Assembly: GCF_964213995.1 (NCBI RefSeq)
Contig: NC_135808.1
Span: 50,716,001-50,780,000, forward strand
Origin: Mustelus asterias
Lineage: Eukaryota
Length of the DNA stretch: 64,000 nt
Direction: 5' to 3'
Shown here: positions 1 to 13,069 of the stretch, in pieces
Layout: each line of letters begins with the position of its first letter
Position numbering within the stretch: position 1 is the stretch's first letter
The notes under the pieces: generated by a model
What the model was told of the DNA's origin: nothing
The model's input: the letters and a program-made list of their open reading frames with translations, nothing else
Database searches by the model: none
Program-made: the position numbers and the translations under genes

Positions 1-2873
1 CAGAGATGGGCATTGCTGCTGGCACTAAACATCTAAACCTTCCAGCTTAGGCCAGGAACACAGCTCTCAAATGCAGATGCATTGAGCCGCCTGCCACTAC
101 CCCAGACCATACCGTCACCGCCTGTTCCACAGGAGATAGTATTGGCTCTGCATTATTTGGACACCCTGCCTGTCTCAGCAGCCCACACTCAGACGTGGAC
201 AGATAGGGAGCCGGTGTTAGCAAAGGGCAAGAAAATGGTACTGACCGGGTGGCACTTGGACAAGGCAGAGCAAATGAAGCTGTATTTACATTGCAGGGAC
301 CAGATACCCTGCGAAGATGGGGTGCTATTGTCGGGGGGTCTGTGTCAGCGTACCACCCCCTTGTGCAATGGCCACTGCTCCAAGAGTTACATGATACCCA
401 AACTGGCCAGAGCAGAATGAAAGTGTTGGCCAGAAGTTATGTCTGGTGGCCTGGCATTGACAGAGACATTGAACAAACGGTTGGGCAGTGTGAGAGTTGT
501 CTGACTCAGCAAGCGTTACCTCCACCAGCGAACATGCTCCCTTGGGATGTCCGGCCCGTCTGTGGAAAAGGTTTCATGTAGATTTGGCTGGACATTTTTG
601 GGGGCAGATGTTCCTGATGTCAGTCGATGCCCATTCCAAGTGGCTGGACGATCAGCTCATGAGACCCATCACAGCTCCATTTACCATCGATAAACTGAGG
701 CAGATCTTTGTGATCCATGGTGAAGACGGGAATGGGTTCATGAACTTTGTAACACTTAAGCATTGAGACCCGAACTCTGTAATACTTAGAGATTTGTGAG
801 ACTCACTGTGGAGCTCATTGTTTTTGTGTCTGTAGAACTTGTTTTCGTCACCCAGATAAGGGAAGCAGCTGCTGTGTACAAGTTCATGATTTTTCCCAGC
901 TAATTGTATGTCAGGAATGTGGCTAACCCAGCTGGTATAAGCTAAGCTAGACTCCATTTTATGTTCAGTTATATTATGTATCTTTGTTTTACACGGTGGA
1001 GCTGACATGTATGCCTTCTGTGACCGTATAATCATAGATTCATATATATTCATTATATACTATTCATCCTCACCGATATAAAGTGTTATATAGGCCCCTG
1101 TACATCAGTTAACTTGTTTGTGCAAACTTATAATCTAAACAACCCACAGGAGTCAAAGAACAAAGAACAAAGAACAATACAGCACAGGAAACAGGCCCTT
1201 CGGCCCTCCAAGCCTGTGCCGCTCCTTGGTCCAACTAGACCAATCGTTTGTATCCCTCCATTCCCAGGCTGCTCATGTGACTATCCAGGTAAGTCTTAAA
1301 CGATGTCAGCGTGCCTGCCTCCACCACCCTACTTGGCAGCGCATTCCAGGCCCCCACCACCCTCTGTGTAAAAATAACTGTGTAATATAACTGAACATAA
1401 AATGTCCACATAGAGACGACAAAACAGACAGCCTTGAGATGGCCATGATTACGCGGACTATGTGAAGGATGGAATCGCTGAGGCAGCAATAATCATGGGA
1501 AGATGCGGACGTGACCAGGGACGAAAATATATGTATAAATATTTGATCTTAACTCATATTCGGTGTGAAGTCTGGAGACCGCGTTAGGGATCGGACTTCT
1601 CCCACAATTGTGAAAATAAACCACTGCACTTTGACTCACGACTAGTCTCAAAGGTATTATTTACCTCCAACAATGGTCTTCCTGAAGTGTTGCTATCAGA
1701 CAGCGGAGCAGCATTCACGCTGATGAATTTCAGACTTTGGTCAAGTTTAATGACATTTGTCCTGTCAGGTCAGCCCCCGACCATCCTGCCTCGAATGGGT
1801 TGGCGGAGCGAGCCATGCTGACGTTCAAGGCTTCATGTGAAGCAGGTTCAAATGGCCGTTCCATTGTGATTGGGCAGTTATTTGCTGTCATACAACACTA
1901 CACCTCACGCCATCACTGGGGTCATGCCGAGGTCACACCTGCAGAGTTGTTAATGGGTCGGTGCCTGTGTACCTGTTTAGATTTAGTGTCTCCAAATTTG
2001 TCGGGGGGTGGGGGTGGAGGCTCGGCAAGCCTCTCAGAAAGAATATTGTGACTCTCAGAAAGGGGACGGATTGTTTAATGATGGCGACCTTGTGTTGAGA
2101 GGGAATTTGGGTGGCGGACCCACCTGGGTACCAGGGAGAGTTGTGGAGAAGACGGGACCAGTCTCATATTTGGGGGAGACACAGGGCCGAAGAGTTAAGG
2201 AGCATGTTGGCTACCTACGCAAGAGAGTAGAGCCAGTTCCAGGAGCTGAGCAAGTGGGCCCTGTATCCAGTTTGTGTGTAGCAGCCTCTGAACAAGACAG
2301 CTCCATGTCCATGGTGAGGCCAAGGCAGCCTCTGGCTTGGGTGGGTGAGTCAGAGGAAGGGGCTGTCCAGGGCCTAGCTCCAGAGGTGGTTAGCACGTCC
2401 ACCCCATCAGTGGATCCTGTGTCGATGGCTGCTGAAGAGCCCCTGACAGAGTTGCAGCGTTCCGCAAGGTTCCGGAAATCTCTGGACCAGCTGACATTAT
2501 GAACTGTCTTTCCCTGGTGTCCCTTCTGTAATATTGATGTTTCTCTGCCTATGTGTTAACTGTTTACCTTTTTGTTTTATCATAGGGAGTCCAAGATGTT
2601 ACTGGGGAAGGAGTGTGTGAGCCTGGCCCCTTTAAGGGGCAATCCTTCACGGGCCACATGACCAGGCTGGAGCCAATGGAGTGTGAGGATGTGATATTGG
2701 GCCAATCGGGAGTGAGGGTGATCATTCCTGGGGCTGGAGGCTTCAGTTGGAGTCAGGATGTTGTTGGGAGTAGACCTGTATCGTTGTGCTGTTAAACCCT
2801 TCATTGTAAATAGTTCTCATCAATAAAGCCTTTAGTTAGTTATTTCCAAATCGAGTCTCCTCCAGTTATTACA
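1..2873 (+). mobile_element. Decayed Gypsy LTR retrotransposon 3' part (integrase, PPT, 3' LTR 2614-2873)
   Basis: Frameshifted integrase motifs: LQELHDTQTG, MKVLARSYVWWPGIDRDIE..CESC, HPASNGLAERA, WVPGRVVEKTGPVSY. Purine tract 2604-2613; LTR TG...TTATTACA with AATAAA at 2822. Confidence 0.9.
721..1672 (+). mobile_element. Solo LTR (ERV-like) inserted in the Gypsy integrase; contains a CR1 3' fragment (about 1154-1375, -)
   Basis: TGAAG...CAACA termini, 4-bp TSD ATGG (717-720 and 1673-1676), AATAAA near the end. Removing it restores FVIHGLPEVLLSDSG. Confidence 0.85.
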
Positions 2874-3795
2874 ATGAGCATCTGCACCACTTTGGATAGC
2901 AACAGTCTCTGATAACAGCAAATACACAGACTAACTATTAAACTGTAACAGTTTCACCAGCTGCTGTCACCCTCCCTACTTCCCTCCATTTATTCTGCAT
3001 TCTCACCATCTCCCCTCGATTTCTTGCTGAATCCTCCAGTTTCCTAGTCTTTCCTGTGGCCAGGTTCACCTGCCCCCTTCCCCTTGGGATTGTTCGATTG
3101 CTTTGTTCCATCAACTTTCTGGTTGTGGTCAGGGTTCTCTCCACCGCTCCCCGAGACATTCGGTCTGGGGCAGCGTCGATGTTTAACCTCCTGTCCCACC
3201 TTGGACTGAATACATAACCAGTGAGGGTCCGACCCACACGATGAGAGTTTGTCACCGTAAAGGAGTCAGGGATCTGTAGCAGAAAGTGTGATTAATGTCA
3301 GTCTCTAATCCTGCGGATAGGAATCTCATCCTGTCCATGGAAGCCTTTCACTGAAAGGTTAAATCTCTGTTAACTGATCCTGTACTGTCTAAACTGTCAA
3401 TTCTCTGTCACTGCTAATTTGTGTTGGATTGTTTTTAATCTTTCAATCAATTGTATTTTGTCATTTCTGTTGCTGTGGCGATAGCCTCTTGGTCAGGTTG
3501 TTGTTGTAAATGAGAATTGGTTCTCAACTGACTCACCTGGTTAAATAAAGATTCAGTAAAATAGATGTCTAAGATAAAAGCAAAATACTGCGTCTGCTGA
3601 AATCTGACACAAATCCCGGGCGTTCCGGTTCCCGCTGAACCATTACCTTATCCCTCACTCCGGCATCTCCTGGGTCGTCGCTCGCCCTCAAGACTCTAGA
3701 CTTGAAACGTTGACTCTGCTCTCTCTCCACAGATGCTGTCAGACCTGCTGAGATTTTCCAGCATTTTCTGTGTTTGTGTGTGAAATAAATGACTC

Positions 3796-4122
3796 GGGAG
3801 ACACAATGGCTCAGTGGTTAGCACTGCTGCCTCACAGCGCCAGGGACCTGGGTTCAATTCCAGCCTGGTGTGACTGTGTGGAGTTTGCACATTCTCCCGG
3901 TGTCTGTGTGGGTTTCCTCCGGGTGCTCCAGTTTCCTCCAACACTCCAAAGGTTAGATTGATTGGCCAAGCTAAATTGACCATGAGTGTCCCAAGATGTG
4001 TAGGTTAGAGGGATTAGCAGGGTGAATAAATGGGGTGATGGGGATAGGGGCTGGGGAGGATTGTTGTCGGTGCAGATTAGCTGGGTCGATTGGCCTCCTT
4101 CTGCACTGTCGGGGTTCTATGA
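3796..4122 (+). mobile_element. tRNA-derived SINE (HE1-like)
   Basis: A box TGGCTCAGTGG, B box GGTTCAATTCC, core gggtttcctccgggtgctcc, CR1-like tail. Mirrored at about 61660-61991. Confidence 0.9.
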
Positions 4123-5858
4123 GGTAGAAAGCAATCTCCTGTGAGAATGCAGCAGTGTGTAGGGGAGGTTTGGACTGTCTTGAAAGTCTTCAAGAAGTTT
4201 CTATCCCTCTGCCCCTGATATGTTCCGTCATTATCTTCCTGTGATAAACTGATCAGAAATGTGATTGTGTTTCTCCCAGCTCCTGTCACGGGCTGTGTAA
4301 CTACTAATTCCTGTCAGTTTTCCTGTACATTGATAATATGGAATTTCTCCACAGTCTGATGTGTGTGTGGAGGCACCGTACTAAATCTTATATCTTCAAT
4401 ATCTGTCCTAACATTATCTATCAATTCCTGAGACAACATGTCCCATCCCCTCCCTTCAGACTGTGAGTCAGTCATATTAATGAGTTGGAAGCCCTCTGGT
4501 CTACTGTCCCCCTGAAGTTGTATGTCTGTCATTGGATTCACTTCCTGCTCTGTCACTCACACTCCTCGTGACTCTTTTCTTACCCAGGGGGCACAAGTTT
4601 GGTCACTTTTCTGTAGCCCCATCAGCCAATAAGGTCAGAACGAGGCTGGTCAAATTGTCGCTCACCTCCAGGCTCCCGATTGGAACATCCTGGTACTTGC
4701 CATCATTGGAGGGTAAATCCCGGGCATTCCGGTGCCCCCTTAACCATGACCTTATCCCTCACTCTGGCATGTCCTGGGGGAGTCGCTCCCCCTCATTTCA
4801 TTCTGCTCCTCCTGCTGCTGTGTGAGCTCAGACCTCAATTCCTGAAGCTGTCTACACAACTCTACAATGTAGCTTCTTCTCCTCTCTTTCAATGGCCCAG
4901 TATCTTCACTTCCAGTGAGGTTCCCAGCTCTACCTGTCATCATGGTGTTAATCCTGTGTTCCTACTTTGTGTAGCTGATTAATACACTCACTAATACACC
5001 CACCCATCCTTTGTCCAGCTCTCCCTTTACCTGAACCCAACTTGTGGTCAGTTGTTGGGAAAAATTATTTTTCCAGACCCTTCAATTGTCTCAAACACAG
5101 ATTCCTTCTCATTTCTTGTTTTTTATTCCTTCTGGCCACGATTCTCTTCAAGTCAGTTTCTCTATTGCCTCGATCGTTTAAAAAACTGTTTTCTTACTCT
5201 TTCGGCCATATTAACCATTTCATGTCAAAGGAGGTGTGGGGGGCGGGGAGGTCTCTCACTCTGGATCTTTGCTTATCTCCCCCTGTCTGGTTCCAATGTC
5301 ACAGCTGATGGCCAGATTATTAAATTCAGGTCTCTTCAGTAGTTTGTATGTTGTGTCCTTTTTCCCGCACTCCATCTCTGACCCTGAATCATTTGCTCAG
5401 AACCTTTTACACAGACAATAGTCAGCAACTGATCTGGTTCAGTTTGTCTGGAGGGACTTTCCAGTCCAATAAAGTGTTTTCATGTAAGGAGCGGTGAGAG
5501 TTCCTTTCAGAGTCTCACTGAGGTTCAGAACCGGACTCTGGACGGAACAGGAATGAGCGACTGGGACAAGTTTTGTGTTAAAACAACCATTTTATTGAAT
5601 AATGATAAAAAGAATATATAAGAAAGATAATGTGTATGAAAAGGAAGAAAGATAACTTTATTGAAAGGAGAAAGCACTCTGTATATATCTGAAGAATAGA
5701 AGACAGTCGGATGTTTGTTTAAACACAAACGATAACCCCAATTTGCGCTGATCCATGACAGCTCCCCCAGAATTGGTACACGTTACCCTCCCCTGGGTAC
5801 ACACATGCCCAAGTTGCTGAGTAACCTCAATGGGTGAACACTACAGTCAGTCACTTAA

Positions 5859-6165
5859 GGGGCGATACGGTGGCACAGTGATTAGCACTGATGCCTCACA
5901 GGGCCAGGGAACCGGGTTCGATTCTCATCTTGGGTCACAGTCTGTGCTGAGTCTGCATGTTCTCCCCGTGTCTGTGTGGGTTTCCTCCGGGTGCTCCGGT
6001 TTCCTCCCACTGTCTGCAAGATGTGCTGGTTAGGAGTATTGGCCATGCTAAATTCTCCCTCAGTGTACCCAAACAGGCGTCAGAGTGTGGCAACGAGGTG
6101 ATTTTCACAGTAACTTCATTGCAGCGTTAATGTAAGACTAATTGTTGCATTAATAGATAAAATTT
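5859..6165 (+). mobile_element. tRNA-derived SINE
   Basis: A/B boxes and conserved core. Mirrored at about 59585-59892. Confidence 0.88.
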
Positions 6166-6530
6166 TGTTTAAACGTTTCTGTTTCTAACCCTTCCTCCTG
6201 TTGTCCCTGGGTGACTATTCCACCTTGGCTGCAGCACTCAGTCTCTGAAACAATGTCTCTTTAACCTGGATTTCTGGCTCCATTCCAGTCTTGTGAAGAC
6301 TGTGACACTGTCTGTCCCAAAACAAATCTCAGTTCTTCCCACAGGGACCTCAATGTGAAGCAGACTTTGTAATATTCAGCTTGTTGACGGAGCTCTTGAT
6401 GATGTCTTCACATCTGTCATCAATCAGCTGTTATGTCCATCAATTAAACGTCATCTTCTGATGCTTCAGGTGAGCACTCCAGATAAGATTCCTCAGCGAC
6501 TTGGTCTGTAGACCAAGGCTCACAGAATGC

Positions 6531-6648
6531 ATCAGGTGATGAAGGAGCAGCGCTCCAAAAGCTCGTGCTACCAAATAAACCTGTTGGACATTAATCTGGT
6601 GTTGTGAGACTACTTACTGTGCCTACCCCAGTCCAACACCGGCAACAC
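6531..6648 (+). mobile_element. Short Penelope-like terminal fragment with hammerhead-core remnant
   Basis: TGATGAAGGAGCAGCGCTCC(G/A)AAAGCT...AATAAACCTGTTGGAC, flanked by direct repeat CACAGAATGC (6521-6530, 6649-6658). Mirrored at about 59100-59220. Confidence 0.7.
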
Positions 6649-7019
6649 CACAGAATGCGGTAGAACAGTACCTGTAATAAACAAGAAACAACTTATTTTA
6701 ATATTCTAGCTTGAGAAAGTGGAGAAACAAAAGATTGAGTCTGAACAACAGCTGTGTGGCCAGTCCAGAGAGAAAACACAATCTGGAAAAACAGCTCACC
6801 CCTGATTCTTCTTCTGAATGAATCAGAGCACAATCACAGCTGGGTTAAGATCAGTGTGGATCAGGTGAGAAAATACAAACTGAGTTCAAATATTAAAAAT
6901 CAAAGCAGGGCAGAAATAAAATGTAAAATACAAAATTGTAAAAGTTAGTGGCAGCAGCAGGCCTCAGGCCGAGACTCAGAATATTTTTGAATTAGAAATC
7001 AGGCCGATTTGACTTTTTT

Positions 7020-7875
7020 TCATTCATTCATGGGACATGGCATTGCTGGCTGGCCAGCAGTTATTGCCCATCCCTAGTTGCCCTTGAGAAGGTGGTGCTG
7101 AGCTGCTTTCTTGAATCACTGCAGCCCACGGGCTGTGGGTTGACCCACAATGCCACTAGGGAGGGAATTCCAGGATTTTAACCCAGCAACTGTGAAGGAA
7201 CGGTGGTATATTTCCAAGTCAGGACAGTGAGTGGCTTGGAGATTAACTTGCAGGTGGCGGTGTTCCCATGTATCTGCTGCCCTTGTCCTTCTAGATGGAA
7301 GTGGTCGTGGGCTTGGAAGGTGCTGTCTAAGGATTTTTGGTGAATTACTGCAGTGCATCTTGTAGATAGTACACACTGCTGCTACTGAGCGTCGGTGCTG
7401 AAGGGATTGAATGTTTGTAGATGTGGTGCCAATCAAGTGGGCTGCTTTGTCCGGGATTGTCAAGCTTCTTGAGTGTTGTTGGAGCTGCACCCATCCAGGC
7501 AAGTGGGGAGTATTCCATCACACTCCTGACTTGTAGATGGTGAATAGGCTTTGGGGAGTCAGGAGATGAGTTACTCACCGCAGTATTCCTTGCCTCTGAC
7601 CTTCTCCTGTAGCCACTGTGTTTCTGTGGTGAGTCCAGTTGAGTTTCTGGTCAATGGTGACCCCAAGGATGTTGACAGTGGGGGATTCAGTGATGGTAAC
7701 ACCATTGAATGTCAAAGGGCATTAGAGTGTCTCTTATTGGTGATGGTCATTGCCTGGCATTTGTGTGGCGTGAATGTTACTTGCCACTTGTCAGCCCTTA
7801 TGATGGAGGGAAGTTCATTGATGAAGCAGCTGAAGATTGTTGGGCCGAGGACACGACTCTGAGGAAGTCCAGACA
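7020..7875 (-). mobile_element. LINE 3' fragment (RT C-terminus)
   Basis: VLGPTIFSCFINELPSII, QVRSVMEYSPLAWMGAA, SWNSLP; frameshifted. Mirrored at about 57760-58735. Confidence 0.88.
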
Positions 7876-10800
7876 TTAACATGTTTTGTGTCTTTATCAC
7901 CTTCCCCTTTGTTAAGAATTGGGGAAAATGAAAATAAACAAATGACATTGGGAAAAAAGAAAATAAAACAGGGAGATGTCTGAAGAGATGTTGAGATGTG
8001 AATTGGCATCTCAGTGAGAAAAGCAAGTGTTTACTGAGGTAACGGAGGAAAGCAATGGGGTTTAGAAAAGATAACTTCAAAGTGGAGGGATAAGGAAATC
8101 GACATGGAAATGCCCAAAGCAGATTCCACAGGGTGGGTAACATCAAAGGGAAAGAATGATATATCCATAGCACAGTGACTGGGGAAAAGGGGAGACAGAC
8201 ACAGACACAGCTAACATCAGCACACACTCAGCTGCAGAAACAGTCTCCTGAAAAGAAGCAGCAGGTTTCACCTTCACTGAAACTGAAGACAGTTTTCCCG
8301 AACGCTGACACATAACCTGTGTGTGGTAATTATTCACTGGATTTAGCTCACAGAGTGACATAATATTGGATGTTGTTTTGGAACAAAGGGACATCTCAGT
8401 GTTCAGGAAACGTAGGTGATTGAAAACAAAGGGGTAGCTTCATGTAATTCCCGGGGGAAGAGTCTGGTCTTTGTGGTGTGGAGGATTTGGGGGAGATCAG
8501 ATTGGGTCAAAGCTGAGGCCAATGTTGTCGAGAGTCTGGTTGAGCAGCAGACAGTGCTCAGGGGGAGGGATGGAGTTTGTATCGGGAGCTGAAGACCAAT
8601 GGCTTTGATCTTCCCAATGTGTTTCCCAGTGAGCCTGGCTCCTCAGTCCTGACTGCTCTGAGCTGCTGTTCTTTTCACTGATTGGACAGTTATTGTTAGA
8701 GATTCAGACCACAGCACAAATCCCCAGTGTCAAAAATAACTGCAAAGACTGTCAGATCGGAAGATTGAAACGTAACCAACAGAGGAAGTGAAAGAAGGAG
8801 CTCAGAGCAGCTGGATGTTTGTTATTGAGACGGGAGAAAATGGTGAACCGTGTCCACTACCTCCAATCTCCCAGCACAGAAGGCACAGTGGGATACAGTC
8901 AGGAGGGAGTTATCCTGGGAATCCTCAACAACATTCCAGACTCCATGTAGTCTCTCGGTACCATGTCAAACACGGACAAGGAAACCTCCTCTGGTTACCA
9001 CATACCATCCCCCCCTCAGCTGATGAATCAGTTCTCCTCCATGTTGAACAGCACTTGGATGAAGCACTGAGGGTGGCAAGGACACTCTGGAAAGGGACTT
9101 CAATGTCCAAATGTTACTCGGTAGCACCACCACACACCGAACTGGCCGGGTCCTAAAGGACATAGCTGCTAGACTGGGACTGCGGCAGGTGGTGAGGGAA
9201 CCAACAAGAGGGAGAAACATACTCGACCTCATCCTCACCAACCTGCCTGCCGCAGGTGCATCTGTCCATGACAGTATCGGTAGGAGTGACCACCGCACAG
9301 TCCTTGTGGAGATAAAATCCCATCTTCACATTGAGGGTACCCTCCATCGTGTTGTGTGGCACTGCCACCGTGCTAAATGGGATCGATTTCAAACAGATCT
9401 AGCAACTCAAAACTGGGCATCCATGAGGCACTGTGGGCCATCGGCAGCAGCAGAATTGTACTCAACCACAATCTGTAACCTCATGGCCCGGCATATCCCC
9501 CACTCTACCATTACCACCCAGCCAGGGGATCAACCCTGGTTCAATGAAGAGTGCAGGAGGACATGGCAGGAGCAACAGCAGATATACTGAAAAATGAGGT
9601 GTTAACCTGGTGAAGCTACAACACAGGACTGTGTGTCAAACAGCAGAAGCAGCAAGTGATAGACAGAGCTAAACCATCCCACAACCAATGGATCAGATCT
9701 AAGCTCTGCAGTCCTGCCACATCCAGCCGTGAATGGTGGTGGACAATTAAACAACTCACTGGAGGAGGAGGCAACACAAATATCCCCATCCTCAATGAGG
9801 GAGGAGGCAATCACATCAGTGCAAAATATATGGCTGATACATTTACAACTGGATACTGGAACGTATCTGCGTCCTGACAATAATCCAGCAATAGTCCTGA
9901 AGACTTGTGATCCAGAACTTGCCACGCCCCTCGCCAAGTTGTTCCAGTACAGCTACAACACTGGCATTTATCCGGCAATGTGGACAATTGCCCAGATATG
10001 TCCTGTGTACCAAAAAACAGGACAAATCTATTCTGGCCTCTTACCGCCCCATCAATCTACTCTCAATCATCAGTGAAGTGATTTAATTTGTTGACAGTGC
10101 TATCGAGCCGCACTTACTCAGCAATAACCTGCTCACTCAGTTTGGGTTCTGCCAAACTGGGTCACTCAGCTCATTACACCCTTGGTTCAAACATGGACAA
10201 AAGAGCTGAATTCCAGAGGCAAGGTGAGAGCGACAGTCCTTGACATCAAAGCTGCATTTGAGCGAGTGTGGCTAGTTGGAGTCATCCCCAGCACAAAGGA
10301 AGATGGTTGTGGTTATAGGATTTCAATCAGAGATTGCCGTGGGACATCACTGCAGGAGTTCCTCCTAAGCCCAATCATCTTCAGCTGCTTCGTCAATGAC
10401 CTTCCCTCCATCATAAGGTCAGAAGTGGGAATGTTCACCAATGATTGCACAATGTTCAGCACCCCTCACCATTCACATCTTCTCCAGTACTGAAGAGGTC
10501 TATGTCCAAATGCAGCAAGACTTGGACAATATCCAGGTTTGGGCTGACAACTGGCAAGTAACAATAAGACCACGGAAGTGCCAAGCAATGACCATCTCCA
10601 ACTAGAGAGAATTTTAACATCTCCCCTTGACATTCAATGGTATTACCTCACTAAATCTCCCACTTTAAACATTTTGTGGTTACGATTGACTAGAAACTTA
10701 ACTGGGCTAGCCATATAAATACTGTGATACAACAATAGGTCAGTGGTTAGGAATACTGTGAAGAGTAACTCACCTCCTGACTTCCCAGAGCCTGTCCACC

Positions 10801-10964
10801 ATCTACAATGCACAAGTCAGTTATGTGATGGAATACTCTCCACTTGCCTGGAACTCTCCAAGAACTCTCAAGAAGCTTGACATCATCCAGAACAAAGGAG
10901 CTCTGCTTGATTGGCACCCCTTCCACAAACATTCCACCACCTTAGAAAATCATAGAAACCCTAT

Positions 10965-11290
10965 GGGGCGGCACGGTAGCACAGTGGTTAGCACTGCTGC
11001 TTCACAGCTCCAGGGTCCCGGGTTCGATTCCCGGCTCGGGTCACTGTCTGTGTGGAGTTTGCACATTCTCCTCGTGTCTGCGTGGGTTTCCTCCGGGTGC
11101 TCCGGTTTCCTCCCACAATCCAAAGATGTGCGGGTTAGGTTGATTGGCCAGGTTAAAAATTGCCCCTTAGAGTCCTGGGATGTGTAGATTAGCGGGTAAA
11201 TATGTGGGGGTAGAGCCTGGGTGGGATTGTGGTCGGTGCAGACTCGATGGGCCGAATGGCCTCCTTCTGCACTGTAGGGTTTCTATGATG
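10965..11290 (+). mobile_element. Young tRNA-derived SINE
   Basis: Full head GGGGCGGCACGGTAGCACAGTGG through the tail TTTCTATGATG. Confidence 0.92.
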
Positions 11291-11292
11291 AT

Positions 11293-11623
11293 TCTACAGT
11301 ACAGAAAGAGGCCATTCGGCCCATCAAGTCTGCACCGACCACAATCCCACCCAGGCCATACCCCTATATCCCTACATATTTTACCCACTAATCCCTCTAA
11401 CCTACGCATCTCAGGACACTAAGGGGCAATTTTTAGCATGGCCAATCAACCTAACCTGCACATCTTTGGACTGTGGGAGGAAACCGGAGCACCTGGAGGA
11501 AACCCACGCAGACACGAGGAGAATGTGCAAACTCCACACAGACAGTGACCCAAGCCGGGAATCGAACCCAGGTCCCTGGAGCTGTGAAGCAGCAGTGCTA
11601 ACCACTGTGCTACCGCACTGCCC
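11293..11623 (-). mobile_element. tRNA-derived SINE, tail-to-tail with the previous copy
   Basis: Reverse complement of the same family. Confidence 0.92.
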
Positions 11624-12757
11624 CTTCAAACAGTGGCAGCCGTGTGTACCATCTACAAGATGCCCTGCATGAATTCACCAAGTTTCCTGAGGCAGCACCT
11701 TCTAAACCACTGACCAGTTCATCTGGAAAGGCAAAAGCAGCAGATCCCTGGGAACACCACCACCTGGAGATTCCCCTCCAAGTCACTCAACATCCTGATT
11801 TGGAAATATATCACCGTTCCTTCGCTGTTGCTGGGTAAAAATCCAGCTAACCAGCATTTCTTTGGGCTGTGGAAGGAAACCGGAGCACCCGGAGGAAACC
11901 CACGCAAATACGGGGAGAAACGTGCAAACTCCACCCAGACAGTGACCCAAGCCGGAAATCGAACACAGGTCCCTGGCGCTGTGAGGCAGCAGTGCTAACC
12001 TCTCTAACAGCACTGAGGGTGTACCTACACCACATGGTCTACAGCGGTTCAAGAAGGCAGCTCACCACCACTTCCTCAAGGACAATTAAGAAATGGTAAT
12101 AAATGCTGGCATCGCCAGTGACACACACACCCCATAAACGAATAAACTTTTAAAAATTCCTACATTACTCGATGCCCCATTGTGTGTGTTGAAGTCTGGA
12201 TCCTGTCAGCAGGATATTTGACTGCAGGAACCTTCACCACTGGGTCCAATTCCGGCCCCACCTGAAATTCACACAGAATCTGAATTTATATAGCACCTTA
12301 TTGTACAACACAGCCCAAGATTTTTCTTAGAGCAGCAGTAAGAGGAATGGGGGAGGGGCTGGGGGAACTTTAGGAAGAGAGATCGAGGCTTGAGTGAAAG
12401 AATGGAGTTTGATGGGGAGAGAGACATGGAAAGGGGGAGGGATTAAGGGTGGGAGGTCAGAGAGCAGGGCCTGGGCGTCTGAAGGCTCTGCTGTCAGTGG
12501 TGGGATGAAGGAAGCAGCGCTGGGCCGGGGAGCAGAGCCAGCAGATGGAAGGTGAAGGAGGGAATGTGAGTTTGCAGCAGGACGCCCAGGTAGGGAGGAG
12601 TGAGGTCATGGAGGGAATTGCAGGGCAGTGAGGTCAAGGGTGACAGGTCAATGAGGTCAGGAGGATTGTTGGAACGACACTTGGTGTGACACCAATGTTT
12701 ACTGGTCCCTATTGGAGGGTCTTTATTTATTTATTTTATAGATTAAAGTTTAGTGTT

Positions 12758-13062
12758 GGGCAGCACAATGGCACAGTGGTTAGCACTGCTGCCTCACAGC
12801 GCCAGAGACCCGAGTTCGACTCCTGGCTTGGGTCACTGTCTGTGCAGAATCTGCACGCTCTCCCTGTGTCTGCATGGGTTTCTTCCGGGTGCTCTGGTTT
12901 CTTCCCATAGCCCAAAGAAATGCTGGTTAGCTGGATTGGCCATGCTAAATTCTACCTCTGTGTACCCAAACAGGTGCTGCAGTGTGGTGATGAGGGGATT
13001 TTCACAGTAACTTCATTGCAGTGTTAATGCAAGCCTACTTGTAACTAATAAAGAAACAAACT
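12758..13062 (+). mobile_element. tRNA-derived SINE
   Basis: A/B boxes, core, AATAAA tail. Confidence 0.85.
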
Positions 13063-13069
13063 TTAAAAA

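Larger units (their letters stand above)
8985..12150 (+). mobile_element. Decayed APE-RT LINE interrupted by three SINEs
   Basis: LRQVVREPTRGRNILDLILTN, SDHRTV, PWFNEEC, IFSCFVNDLP, MFTNDC; many stops and deletions. Confidence 0.9.

Noticed and set aside
10965-11040. tRNA genes or RSS heptamers in SINE heads
   Set aside because: A/B boxes run into SINE bodies; CACAGTG is part of the A-box region and lacks a nonamer.
12695-12721. Single 44-bp unit as the ancestral seed of the 48365 array
   Set aside because: The left arm also lacks about 400 bp of adjacent sequence, so deletion explains it equally well.
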